A DNA stretch of 64,000 bases from Gemmatimonas sp. (GCA_965279375.1 OZ257156.1:1632001-1696000); one strand, 5' to 3'; shown: positions 27,454-37,159, numbered from the stretch's first letter. Notes: generated by a model not told the origin, from the letters alone. Program-made: numbers and translations.

Positions 27454-29628
27454 GTGTTCGTCTCCTCCCGTTCGTTCCAGGCGCGTGTTGCATCAGCGCT
27501 GGCGGTCTCGTTGGCCGCGTCACCGCTTGCCGTATCGGCGCTCGCTGCGCAGAGCAGTGTTCGTCCCATCACTGGCTACTCGACGGTCAACGCGGACGCG
27601 CAGCGCAAGGCGGAGCTCGACGCCATCCGCGGCACCGCGCCACTCAGCGCGAAGGCGCATTCACAGGCGCTCTCCAAAGAGCCGCACGTCGCCGGCACGC
27701 CGGCGCAGGCCCGCACGCGCGACTACGTGATCGCGCAGATGAAGTCGTTCGGCCTGGAGACGGAAGTGCGCACGTACGACGTGTGGTTGCCGCACGCCAC
27801 GTCGGTGAAGGTCACGCGCATGCTGCGCGACACCGTGGTGCTCGATCTCGCCGAACCCGCGATCGCCAGCGATCCCGTCACCGCGATGGCGCAGTATCCC
27901 ACCGTGAATGGATCGAGCGGCGCCGGCGTGGGCGAAGGCGAATTGGTCTTCGTCAACTACGGACTCATCGAAGACTACGCCACCCTCGACTCGCTCGGCG
28001 TGTCGGTCAAGGGCAAGGTCGTGTTGGCGCGCTACGGTCGGAGCTTCCGCGGCATCAAGTCGCGCGAAGCGGAGAAGCGTGGCGCTGTCGCGCTGCTCAT
28101 CTACACCGATCCGCTCGACGATGGCTTCGTCCGTGGCGATGTGTATCCCGAAGGCCCGATGCGACCGTTGCGCGGATTGCAGCGCGGCAGCGTGTGGAAC
28201 GGCACCGGTGATCCGCTGACGCCCGGATACGGCAGCACGCCGGGAGCACCGCGGCTCAAGCCGGAGGACACACCGCTCCCGAAGATTCCAGTCGTGCCGA
28301 TCAGCGCCGCGAACGCGGAACTGCTGCTCGCGCCGGTGCGTGGTACCGCGATTCCGTCCAACTGGCAGGGCGGCATGGGCATCCGCTATCACGTCGGGCC
28401 AGGCCCCGCCAAGGTGCGCGTGGAAGTCACCACCGACGCTGCGACCAACGGCACCAAGCAGATCTTCAATACGCTGGGCACCATTCGCGGCAGCGAGTTC
28501 CCCAACGAGTACGTGTACATTGGCGGACATCGCGATGCGTGGGGACCCGGCGCAGCAGACAACGTCAGCGGCACCGTCAGCATCATCGAAGCGGCGCGCT
28601 CGCTCGGCGCGATGGTGAAAGCGGGCTGGCGTCCCAAGCGCTCGATCGTGTTTGCGACATGGGACGCGGAAGAGTGGGGCTTGGTGGGCTCGACGGAATA
28701 CGTCGAGGACGATTCGCTCAAACTGCAGAAGGGCGCCGTCGCCTACTTCAATCAAGATGTCGCGGCGCAGGGCTCACAGTTTGGTGGTGGTGGCTCACCC
28801 TCGCTGCGCGCCACGTTGCGCGACGTCACGCGCGGCGTGCTGGATCCCAAGGGGCGGGGCACCGTCTATGACACGTGGCGTGCGGCGACGGGCACCACGG
28901 CCGACACGCTCGAGCCGCCCATGGGCGATCCGGGTGGCGGCAGTGACTTCGCCGGTTTCTACAACCATCTGGGCATCCCCATCTCCGAATGGGGTTTTGG
29001 TGGACCGGCCGGTACGTATCACTCCGCGTACGACACGTTTGCGTGGATGGAGCGCTTCGGCGATCCCGGATTTCTGTACCACGCAACCGCCGCAAGCATC
29101 GCCGCTGCGATGGCCGTACGCGTAGCCGACGCCGACATCCTGCCGTACGACTACGTGGAGTTCGCGCGCACCATGCGTCGCTATCTCCCGCCGATGCAGC
29201 GCAGCTTTGCCGCGAAGGGATGGAACGCCCAGGCACTGGACCAGATCTCGAGCGGAATTGCGCGACTGGAGACGTCGGCTGCCGCGTTCGCTGTCACGCG
29301 CGATAGCGTGCTGCGCAATGCGTTGCCGATGGCCACGCGACAGGCCGCGAATGCTTCGCTCATGAAGGTGGAGCGCGCGTTCGCGCGGCCGTCGGGGCTC
29401 AAGACGCGCCCGTGGTATCGCTCATTGATCTACGCATCGGACGTGGACAACGGTTATTCGACGATGAATTTCCCGGGGGTGAACGAAGCCGTTCGCGCCG
29501 GAGATCAGCCGACGGCGCTCGCCGAGATCGCCGACCTCGCCAAGCGTTTTGGTGCGGCCGCCGATGCGGTCGATGCGGCGCGAAAGGCGCTGGTCACGCC
29601 GCCGACAGCGGCGCCCATCAAGCGGTGA
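27454..29628 (+). CDS. M28 peptidase, glutamate carboxypeptidase II-like (PA and TfR-dimer domains)
   Basis: PHVAGT, VNYG..EDY, GGHRDAW, GAADNVSG, WDAEEWGLVGSTE, GGGSDF, YHSAYD; start approximate. Confidence 0.92.
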   Translation: MFVSSRSFQARVASALAVSLAASPLAVSALAAQSSVRPITGYSTVNADAQRKAELDAIRGTAPLSAKAHSQALSKEPHVAGTPAQARTRDYVIAQMKSFGLETEVRTYDVWLPHATSVKVTRMLRDTVVLDLAEPAIASDPVTAMAQYPTVNGSSGAGVGEGELVFVNYGLIEDYATLDSLGVSVKGKVVLARYGRSFRGIKSREAEKRGAVALLIYTDPLDDGFVRGDVYPEGPMRPLRGLQRGSVWNGTGDPLTPGYGSTPGAPRLKPEDTPLPKIPVVPISAANAELLLAPVRGTAIPSNWQGGMGIRYHVGPGPAKVRVEVTTDAATNGTKQIFNTLGTIRGSEFPNEYVYIGGHRDAWGPGAADNVSGTVSIIEAARSLGAMVKAGWRPKRSIVFATWDAEEWGLVGSTEYVEDDSLKLQKGAVAYFNQDVAAQGSQFGGGGSPSLRATLRDVTRGVLDPKGRGTVYDTWRAATGTTADTLEPPMGDPGGGSDFAGFYNHLGIPISEWGFGGPAGTYHSAYDTFAWMERFGDPGFLYHATAASIAAAMAVRVADADILPYDYVEFARTMRRYLPPMQRSFAAKGWNAQALDQISSGIARLETSAAAFAVTRDSVLRNALPMATRQAANASLMKVERAFARPSGLKTRPWYRSLIYASDVDNGYSTMNFPGVNEAVRAGDQPTALAEIADLAKRFGAAADAVDAARKALVTPPTAAPIKR

Positions 29629-29650
29629 GACGCCCGAACACTTTCTCCTC

Positions 29651-30784
29651 GTGACTTCGCAAGACACGGCACACGCCCTCGAACCGCGTTACGCCCGTCA
29701 GGTCACGCTGCGCGGCTTCGGACTCGCCGCGCAGGAAAAGCTGGCCGCCGCCCGCGTGCTCATCGTGGGCGCGGGCGGACTTGGCTCGCCGGCTGCGATG
29801 TATCTCGCGGCCGCGGGCGTGGGCACGATCACGCTCGTCGACAGCGACACTGTCGATGAATCCAACCTGCATCGGCAACTGCTCTACAGCACGATGGACG
29901 TGGGGCGCGACAAGCTCGAAGCGGCGCTGGATCGGCTGCAGTCGCTCAATCCGCACGTGCGCTTGGGGATGGAGCGCGGCCGATTGAATGCGGCCAATGC
30001 ACTCTCGCTCGTGCAGGCGCATGACCTTGTCATCGATGCGACGGACAACTTTCCCACGCGCTACGCCATCAACGACGCCTGCCTCGAGTCCGGTCGCGTG
30101 TTCGTGTATGGCAGCGTCGCGCGCTTTCAGGGGCAGGTGAGCATCTTCGCGGCACCCGAAGGGCCGTGCTACCGTTGTCTCTTCCCCGAGGCTCCGCCGC
30201 TGGGCTCTGTCCCCACCTGCGCGGAAGAGGGCGTGCTGGGAGTGGTGCCCGGAGTCGTTGGGCTGCATCAGGCGACGGAGGCGATCAAGTGGATCACCGG
30301 CGTCGGCACCCCATTGGTCGGGAAACTGATGCTGCTCGACCTGCTCGAAAACGACAGTCGCTGTATCGCCGTGTCGCGCCGCGTGGATTGCTCCTGCGGC
30401 CGAATCGGACTGGGCGCCTCCTCTTCACGTACCGATTCACGTCCTGCCACACGAGCGATGACCTACGATCCCGACATCGAACCCGCCGAACTCTCCGTCC
30501 GACTCGCCCGTGGCGATGCGCTCACCCTGATCGACGTCCGCGAGCCGTGGGAGTACGACACGGCGCACATCGAAGGGAGCGTCCTGATCCCGTTGGGCGG
30601 GCTGCCGCAGGGTGCGGCCAAGCTGGACCCGGCAGCGGAGTACGTGACGCTGTGTCATCATGGCATGCGCAGCGACATGGCGGCGAACTGGCTGCGGCAA
30701 CACGGCTTTGCGAAGGTGCGCAATCTCGTGGGCGGAATTGACGCCTACAGCGAGAGCGCCGACCCCTCGATTCCGCGCTACTAG
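29651..30784 (+). CDS. moeB: ThiF/MoeB adenylyltransferase with C-terminal rhodanese domain (MoeZ-like)
   Basis: VGAGGLGSP, SNLHRQ, DATDNF, CYRCLFP, CAEEGVLG, DVREPWE, CHHGMRS. Confidence 0.88.
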   Translation: MTSQDTAHALEPRYARQVTLRGFGLAAQEKLAAARVLIVGAGGLGSPAAMYLAAAGVGTITLVDSDTVDESNLHRQLLYSTMDVGRDKLEAALDRLQSLNPHVRLGMERGRLNAANALSLVQAHDLVIDATDNFPTRYAINDACLESGRVFVYGSVARFQGQVSIFAAPEGPCYRCLFPEAPPLGSVPTCAEEGVLGVVPGVVGLHQATEAIKWITGVGTPLVGKLMLLDLLENDSRCIAVSRRVDCSCGRIGLGASSSRTDSRPATRAMTYDPDIEPAELSVRLARGDALTLIDVREPWEYDTAHIEGSVLIPLGGLPQGAAKLDPAAEYVTLCHHGMRSDMAANWLRQHGFAKVRNLVGGIDAYSESADPSIPRY

Positions 30785-30828
30785 ACCGTCCCGGGCGACA
30801 AGGAGCGCGACGTGCGACGACGGAGATC

Positions 30829-31689
30829 GTGAGCGCTCGACGAGACAGAATAGCGGCACAATTCGAGCAGGATCATGCCAAACGACTGAGAATTGGTCCT
30901 GATGGTGTGATTGTTGGTGCGGCGCCGTATCGGCTCGATGGGAGCGCGACCCATGCCGTGCTGCTCATGCACGGTTTCAACGACACGCCGCAGTCGGTGG
31001 CCCCGTTAGCGCGGGTGCTGCATGCGGCGGGTTGGACTGTCGTGGCGCCGCTGTTGCCGGGGCATGGCCGGAGCTTGCCGGTCATGGCGGCGGAGTCGCG
31101 GGCGGAGGCGTGGCTGGAGTGTGCGCGGGCGGAGTATGCGGCGCTTCGCGCGACGCACGGCACGGTGGCGTTGTGCGGGCTGTCGATGGGCGGCGCGTTG
31201 TGTACGTTGCTCGCGGCCGAGCATCCGGAGGTGCCGGCGCTGGTCTTGTTGGCGCCGTATCTGGGGATGTCGTGGATGTGGCAGGCGAAGTTATTGCTGG
31301 CGTGGGGAGCGATGCTGTTCACGCCGTATCTCAGGGGTTCGGGCGGTGAGCGATCGATCCACGATCCCGAGGCGCGGTCGCGGGCGTTGGGGCCCGGGGT
31401 GAACACTGCGCAGACGCTGACGGGGCTGCGGACGATCGCACTGGCTGCAGAGTCCGTTCTCTCGGCGGTGCGGCAGCCCGTGCTCTACTTGCAGTCGCGG
31501 GAGGACAATCGGGTCACGAGCGCCGACGCCGAGCGACATTTCGCGATGCTTGGCGCGGCGGTTCGGGAGCAGCGGTGGCTGACCGGGTGCGGGCACATCA
31601 TAACGGCGGACTATTGCCGAGACGAGGTGGCGAGGCAGGTTATCGCGTGGCTCGAGCAGCACGCCCGGGGTGGGATCGGGAACGCCTGA
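30829..31689 (+). CDS. Alpha/beta hydrolase, carboxylesterase-like
   Basis: LMHGF, LPGHG, GLSMGG nucleophile elbow, D and H triad positions. Confidence 0.9.
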   Translation: MSARRDRIAAQFEQDHAKRLRIGPDGVIVGAAPYRLDGSATHAVLLMHGFNDTPQSVAPLARVLHAAGWTVVAPLLPGHGRSLPVMAAESRAEAWLECARAEYAALRATHGTVALCGLSMGGALCTLLAAEHPEVPALVLLAPYLGMSWMWQAKLLLAWGAMLFTPYLRGSGGERSIHDPEARSRALGPGVNTAQTLTGLRTIALAAESVLSAVRQPVLYLQSREDNRVTSADAERHFAMLGAAVREQRWLTGCGHIITADYCRDEVARQVIAWLEQHARGGIGNA

Positions 31690-31763
31690 TCCCTATCTTG
31701 TGGTTCGTCGCGGACCGGAGTTTCTGAGCCGGTCTTCTATTCATCTACTCAATTTGGAACGCC

Positions 31764-32870
31764 ATGCGAATCTGCGTTGCCGCTGAAACGGCTCCACGCG
31801 AACACCGCGTCGCGCTGGTCCCCGACAGTGTGGCGAAGCTCGTCAAGGCGGGGCATGAGGTCGTCGTGCAGTCCGGCGCCGGTGCGGCCGCCTACCACGA
31901 CGACGCCAGCTATGTCGCCGTTGGCGCGACGATCGCGCCCGATGCAGCGTCGGCGCACGTCGGAGCGCAGGTGGTCGTACGCGTGCAGCGCCCGACCGAG
32001 GCCGAAGTTGCGCTCATTCCTGAAGGCGCGACGCTCGTCTCCATGATGGCGCCCGCCTCCGCTGCGGCGATCGTCGCCGCGCTTGGCGCTCGCAAGGTCA
32101 CGTCGCTCGCGCTCGAGCTGGTTCCACGTATCACGCGCGCGCAGAGCATGGACGTGTTGTCATCGCAGGCGACCGTCGCTGGCTACAAGGCGGTCCTGAT
32201 TGGCGCCGCTGAGTTGCCGCGCTTTCTGCCGATGCTGACCACCGCGGCCGGTTCCATCACGCCGGCGAAGGCGTTCGTGATTGGCGCTGGTGTCGCTGGA
32301 TTGCAGGCGTTGGCTACGGCGCGCCGGTTGGGCGCGATCACCAGCGGGTTCGACGTGCGCGCCGCGGCGGCGGAGCAGGTGAAGTCGCTCGGCGCGACGT
32401 TCGTGCAGTCGGAAGTGGTGAGTGCGGCCGCCGAAGACAAGGGCGGCTACGCCAAGGCACAGAGCGAAGACGAAGCGGCGCGCACGCTCGCGACGATCGG
32501 CAAGCACATCAAGGATCAGGATCTCGTCATCACCACGGCGGCCATTCCTGGTCGCGCTGCGCCGAGGCTGATCACGGCGGAGATGGTGCGCAGCATGCGC
32601 CCGGGGTCGGTAATCGTGGACCTCGCCGCCGAAACCGGTGGCAACTGTGAACTCACCAAGTTGGGCGAGACGGTGGTGGAGAACGGCGTGCACATCATCG
32701 GCGCGTCGAATCTGCCGGCGACGATGCCCACGCACGCCAGTCAGATGTACAGCCGCAACGTGCTCACGCTGCTGCAGCATTTGGTAAAGGACGGCGCTCT
32801 CAACATCGATCTCGCCGACGAGATCACCGGCGCCATGACGCTCACGCACGACGGTCAGGCGCGTCGCTAA
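31764..32870 (+). CDS. pntA: NAD(P) transhydrogenase subunit alpha, part 1 (domain I)
   Basis: EHRVALVP, RITRAQSMDVLSSQ, GAGVAGLQA, TTAAIPG, DLAAETGGNC. Confidence 0.95.
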   Translation: MRICVAAETAPREHRVALVPDSVAKLVKAGHEVVVQSGAGAAAYHDDASYVAVGATIAPDAASAHVGAQVVVRVQRPTEAEVALIPEGATLVSMMAPASAAAIVAALGARKVTSLALELVPRITRAQSMDVLSSQATVAGYKAVLIGAAELPRFLPMLTTAAGSITPAKAFVIGAGVAGLQALATARRLGAITSGFDVRAAAAEQVKSLGATFVQSEVVSAAAEDKGGYAKAQSEDEAARTLATIGKHIKDQDLVITTAAIPGRAAPRLITAEMVRSMRPGSVIVDLAAETGGNCELTKLGETVVENGVHIIGASNLPATMPTHASQMYSRNVLTLLQHLVKDGALNIDLADEITGAMTLTHDGQARR

Positions 32871-32949
32871 CCGCGGCGCCTACGTCCCACCGCCTGCGAG
32901 CGTCGCGCCCACGCTGACAGCTCGCTTCACACCCGACGGAGAACGCGCC

Positions 32950-33264
32950 ATGTCCGGCACCGGCATCATTCAACTGTACGTGTTCATTCTGGCCGGCTTT
33001 GTCGGCTTCCTGCTCATCTCCAAAGTGCCGCCGCTGCTGCACACGCCGCTCATGGCCGCGACCAACGCGATCAGCGGCATCTCGCTTGTCGGCAGCATCG
33101 TGCTCGCCGGCGGACAGTACGGCACCGTCGCAACGATTCTTGGCGTCGTCGCGGTGGCCTGCGCGATGACCAACGTGGTGGGTGGATTCATCATCACCGA
33201 TCGCATGCTCAACATGTTCAAGCGCACGGAAAAGCCAGCCGAGAAGAAGGAAGGGGCGGCGTGA
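32950..33264 (+). CDS. pntA: NAD(P) transhydrogenase subunit alpha, part 2 (membrane)
   Basis: VPPLLHTPLMAATNAISG, NVVGGF..TDRML.MF. Confidence 0.95.
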   Translation: MSGTGIIQLYVFILAGFVGFLLISKVPPLLHTPLMAATNAISGISLVGSIVLAGGQYGTVATILGVVAVACAMTNVVGGFIITDRMLNMFKRTEKPAEKKEGAA

Positions 33265-34742
33265 GCATGCTGTCGATGCTTCCCGGAGTGCTGCCGCTGT
33301 TGAGCGCGGCCAGCGAAAGCGCTGGCGGCACCAGCGAAACGCGAGAGCTGATCATTCAGGTCACCTATCTCGCCGCGTCGGTGATGTTCATCCTTGGGCT
33401 TCGCAGCCTGACCAAGCCCGACGAAGCGCGCCGCGGCATGCAGCTGGCCGCCGTCGGCATGCTGCTCGCGATCATCGGCACGATGCTCCATCAGGAGATC
33501 CTCACCTACACGTGGATCCTGACGGGCCTGGTCATCGGCTCGGTGATTGGCTACCCGCTCGGCAAGTTCGTGCCGATGACCGCGATGCCGCAGCGTATCG
33601 CCTTCTCGCACATGTTCGGCGCGCTGGCGGCTACGCTCGTCGGTATCGGCGAGTTCTATCACATGTACCAGGCGGGCACGCCCGCTCCGGCTGATGCCGA
33701 CGTGCGCTTCAAGATGGCGGCACTTGGTTTCGAAGTGCTGTTCGGCGCGCTGACGGTGTCGGGCAGCTTCATGGCGTTCGGAAAGCTGCAGGAGTTCATC
33801 ACCGGTCGTCCGGTGACGTACAAGGGACAGAACATCGTCACGGCGCTCGTCTTCATGATCGCACTCGGCGCGTTCTTCATGCTGATCGTGCAGCCGTCGA
33901 ACGTGTACGCGTTCTATACGATGGTCGCGGTGTCGTTCATCATCGGCTTCCTGTTCGTGCTGCCGATCGGTGGCGCAGACATGCCGGTTGTCGTATCGCT
34001 GCTCAATTCCTTTGCCGGTCTCGCCGCATCGGCCACGGGCTTCGCGATCGGCAACAATGTGCTCATCATCGCCGGTGCGCTCGACGGTGCCTCCGGCTTC
34101 ATTCTGTCGATCATCATGTCGAAGGCGATGAATCGCTCCTTCGGCAACGTGCTCTTCGGTGCGTTCGGCTCTGGCGGCGGTGCCGCCAGCACGCGCACGT
34201 CGGAGGGACTCACGGCCAAGAGCATCTCGGCGGAAGATGCGGCCGTATTGCTGGCCTATGCGGGCAAGGTCATCGTGGTGCCGGGTTACGGCATGGCCGT
34301 CGCGCAGGCGCAGCATCAGGTGCGCGAGTTGGCCGAGCTGATCGAGAAGAAGGGCGGCGAAGTGAAGTACGCCATTCATCCAGTGGCCGGTCGCATGCCT
34401 GGCCATATGAACGTGCTGCTCGCCGAGGCCAACGTGCCGTACGATCGCATGTACGACATGGACGAGATCAACGACCAGTTCCAGGAGTGCGATGTCGCGG
34501 TCGTCATCGGCGCCAACGACGTCGTGAACCCGGCGGCCAAGACGGATCCGGGCAGCCCGATCTACGGCATGCCGATTCTGCGCGTGAACGAGGCGAAGGC
34601 GGTGATCGTGCTCAAGCGTTCAATGAACACAGGCTTCGCCGGCATCGAGAACGATCTCTTCTTCGACGAGAAGACGAGCATGCTCTTCGGTGACGCCAAG
34701 GCGTCGCTCTCCAAGCTGGTCAGCGAGGTGAAGGGGTTGTAG
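33261..34742 (+). CDS. pntB: NAD(P) transhydrogenase subunit beta
   Basis: MTAMPQ, GGADMPVV, KAMNRS, VPGYGMAVAQAQH, HPVAGRMPGHMNV, GANDVVNP. Confidence 0.97.
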   Translation: MSMLSMLPGVLPLLSAASESAGGTSETRELIIQVTYLAASVMFILGLRSLTKPDEARRGMQLAAVGMLLAIIGTMLHQEILTYTWILTGLVIGSVIGYPLGKFVPMTAMPQRIAFSHMFGALAATLVGIGEFYHMYQAGTPAPADADVRFKMAALGFEVLFGALTVSGSFMAFGKLQEFITGRPVTYKGQNIVTALVFMIALGAFFMLIVQPSNVYAFYTMVAVSFIIGFLFVLPIGGADMPVVVSLLNSFAGLAASATGFAIGNNVLIIAGALDGASGFILSIIMSKAMNRSFGNVLFGAFGSGGGAASTRTSEGLTAKSISAEDAAVLLAYAGKVIVVPGYGMAVAQAQHQVRELAELIEKKGGEVKYAIHPVAGRMPGHMNVLLAEANVPYDRMYDMDEINDQFQECDVAVVIGANDVVNPAAKTDPGSPIYGMPILRVNEAKAVIVLKRSMNTGFAGIENDLFFDEKTSMLFGDAKASLSKLVSEVKGL

Positions 34743-34864
34743 TGCGTGCGTTTCGCACGCGCCGCGTCATTCCGATGGCGTGAGCGAGCGAGGTGACGAG
34801 TAGTCTGCAACGAGCCGCCTGCCATCGCAGCGCGGCTCGTTTGTGTGTCAGCAGGGAGTTGACT

Positions 34865-35281
34865 GTGCAGCTCGACGATCTTCGGCTCGCGCATGGCGAA
34901 GTCACGCGCAAGGTCATCGGCGCGTTCTATGACGTGTACAACGTACTTGGCTTCGGATTTGTCGAATCCGTGTACGGGAGCGCGATGGCCATCGCGCTGT
35001 CGAAACGAGGAGTGCAGTTCGAACGGGAACGACTGCTGGCCGTTCGCTATGGGGACGTGCTGGTTGGCGAATTCCGTGCGGACCTGATCGTGGAGCGGCG
35101 CGTCATTGTCGAACTCAAGGCCGCCGAGCGAATAGTGCCGGCGCACGAGAGCCAATTGCTCAATTATCTCCGGTCATCGGGCCTGCGAGTAGGTCTCATT
35201 CTCAACTTCGGCGCCAAGGCGACCATGCGTCGGCTCATCTGGACTGGATCTGGGATTGATGTGGCGGATATGAACGGATGA
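34865..35281 (+). CDS. GxxExxY protein (PD-(D/E)XK nuclease superfamily)
   Basis: GFGFVESVY (GxxExxY), FRADLIVE, VELK, QLLNYL, GLILNFG; GTG start after GGGAG; stop codon lies inside palindrome copy 3. Confidence 0.93.
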   Translation: MQLDDLRLAHGEVTRKVIGAFYDVYNVLGFGFVESVYGSAMAIALSKRGVQFERERLLAVRYGDVLVGEFRADLIVERRVIVELKAAERIVPAHESQLLNYLRSSGLRVGLILNFGAKATMRRLIWTGSGIDVADMNG

Positions 35282-35438
35282 ACTGCTCGGCCACGGATAT
35301 GAGCTGATAGAAACGGAAACTGCGCACGGATACTGCCCAAGCAGAGAGATTTCTCTTTTTGTGGTATCCGTGCGCAGTTTCCGTGTGCATCGGTTGGTAT
35401 CCGTGGCCGAGCAGTTCATCCGTTCTTATCCGCGCCAC
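35261..35438. repeat. Nested palindromic element, copy 3 (attached to the GxxExxY gene)
   Basis: GTGGCGGATATGAACGGATGAACTGCTCGGCCACGGATA (35261-35299) / TATCCGTGGCCGAGCAGTTCATCCGTTCTTATCCGCGCCAC (35398-35438); inner arms ACGGAAACTGCGCACGGATAC / GTATCCGTGCGCAGTTTCCGT. Confidence 0.93.
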
Positions 35439-35587
35439 TCGTTCGACGGCTGCAATCGTTGAACGAATTCATCCCTGATGGTGCGGGAACCGACCAAGGG
35501 TGGCGCACGCTGGTCACGCGGATAACTTTCCTTGGCTGCGCCGTCGGCTTGGCGCGGACGTGTTCGTCATCATCTGGAGTGCTGTAG

Positions 35588-36364
35588 ATGCCCGAGTTTG
35601 GAAGCTGGGGAACGGACTGGTGGAAGCCAGTGCTGTTCGTGCTGGTGGCTGGTCACATCACCAACGTGTGTGTGACGCTGTTTCTGCATCGTGCGCAAAC
35701 GCATCGTGGTGTTCGGTTTCACTACCTGGCGGAGTTGCCGATGCGTGTGTGGTTGTGGTTGACCACCGCAACGCGCACCAAGGAATGGGTGGCGTGCCAT
35801 CGCAAGCATCATGCGTTCGCCGATCGCGAGGGCGATCCGCATAGTCCTGTCGTCGAGGGACTGCGCAACATCCTGCTCAAGGGTGCGTTCTACTATCGCA
35901 AGACCGTGCGCCAGCCCGGCGTGCTCGAGAAGTACGGCAAGGGGACGCCCGAGGATTGGCTGGAGCGCCATCTGCTGGACAAGCGGAGCTCATTGGGGAT
36001 CGTGCTCATGCTTGGTATCGACATCTGGCTCTTCGGCTTCTTCGTGGGTCCGCTGGTGTGGGCGGTGCAGATGATCTGGATTCCGCTGTGGGCAGCGGGT
36101 GTGATCAACGGCGTCGGTCATGCGCTGGGCTATCGGAACCACGATGTGAAGGACGCGAGCCGAAACATCTCGCCGTTCGGCATCATCATTGCCGGCGAAG
36201 AGTTGCACAACAATCACCACGCTGATCCGCACTCCGCGAAGTTCGCGCATCGCTGGTTCGAGTTCGACATTGGCTGGATGTACATCCGCCTGCTCTCATT
36301 CCTGGGCTTGGCCGAGGTGAAGTACGCTCGGCTCGGTGCCCATGTTCGCGTCACCGAGTCCTAG
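35588..36364 (+). CDS. Membrane fatty acid desaturase (delta-9 / DesA-like)
   Basis: His boxes HRAQTH, HRKHH, GEELHNNHH; EFDIGW. Confidence 0.93.
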   Translation: MPEFGSWGTDWWKPVLFVLVAGHITNVCVTLFLHRAQTHRGVRFHYLAELPMRVWLWLTTATRTKEWVACHRKHHAFADREGDPHSPVVEGLRNILLKGAFYYRKTVRQPGVLEKYGKGTPEDWLERHLLDKRSSLGIVLMLGIDIWLFGFFVGPLVWAVQMIWIPLWAAGVINGVGHALGYRNHDVKDASRNISPFGIIIAGEELHNNHHADPHSAKFAHRWFEFDIGWMYIRLLSFLGLAEVKYARLGAHVRVTES

Positions 36365-36372
36365 GGTTTCTC

Positions 36373-36651
36373 ATGGCAGACGTTTCATGTTCGCGTTGCG
36401 GTCAGACGCGTGAAGGCTTCGAGCGACCTCCGTTCCCAGGCACGATCGGCGCGCGCATCATCGGCGAGATCTGCAAGGATTGCTGGGGGCAGTGGCTGAA
36501 GCAGCAGACGATGTTGATCAATCACTACGGGCTGAACGTGATGGACCCGCAGGCGCGCACGTTTCTGACGCGCAACATGGAAGGCTATCTGTTCAAGACC
36601 GGGTCCACCGACGACGTCGATACCAGCAAGCAGGGAACGATCACGCACTAG
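36373..36651 (+). CDS. yggX: Fe(II)-trafficking / oxidative damage protection protein (YggX family)
   Basis: PPFPG.IG.RI...I.K..W.QWL.QQTMLIN; extra CxxC pairs. Confidence 0.82.
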   Translation: MADVSCSRCGQTREGFERPPFPGTIGARIIGEICKDCWGQWLKQQTMLINHYGLNVMDPQARTFLTRNMEGYLFKTGSTDDVDTSKQGTITH

Positions 36652-36684
36652 CGTGATCGGCGCTGGTTCGTTGTCGAGAATGAC

Positions 36685-36719
36685 GAAGCGCCTCGTCCGG
36701 GTATCGGAGGAGGCGCTTC
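36685..36719. terminator. Hairpin between convergent genes
   Basis: GAAGCGCCTC...GAGGCGCTTC. Confidence 0.6.
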
Positions 36720-36777
36720 AGCGTTCGCGGGACGCGGATGTTTCGCTACGGCGCAGCAATGCGCCGGTTGGAGCCTG

Positions 36778-36987
36778 CTAGTTTACGCCAGCGATATAGC
36801 GGGCGAGGCGCCCGCAGCTGGTGCATTTCAACGTCACGTGCGAGTTGGGTGGTGCCGGCGTCGACACCGGGTCGCGATCAATGCTGCCTGAGCAAGACGG
36901 GCAGCTCAGGGGCAGGCCGGTACGGTCTGCTGCAATGAGGTGCAGCGCCTGTGCCGGATTGAACGTGTTCGGTCGTGGCTTACGCAT
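36778..36987 (-). CDS. Small zinc-ribbon protein (69 aa)
   Basis: GGAGG RBS; CPSC...CTSC. Confidence 0.72.
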   Translation of the reverse strand: MRKPRPNTFNPAQALHLIAADRTGLPLSCPSCSGSIDRDPVSTPAPPNSHVTLKCTSCGRLARYIAGVN

Positions 36988-37159
36988 TCCGCCTCCTCGC
37001 GAATGTTGCGCCGACCGCAGACTGCGGCCGGGAGGCGAAAGGTAGCTAAACCGGGGTCCGACCGGCACTGGCAGAGCGAAAGAGTCGGGATCGACCTTAA
37101 CCGCCGTCCCGAATTTTCGCCAGTTACCTGTAGGGTCTGCTTGGGAACGTTCGATCCGC

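Noticed and set aside
11757..35438. Palindromes as CRISPR repeats, attC sites or ordinary terminators
   Set aside because: No repeat-spacer array or cas genes, no integron integrase or GTTRRRY cassette pattern, and at 170-200 bp with nested stems they are far larger than terminators (they may still terminate incidentally).
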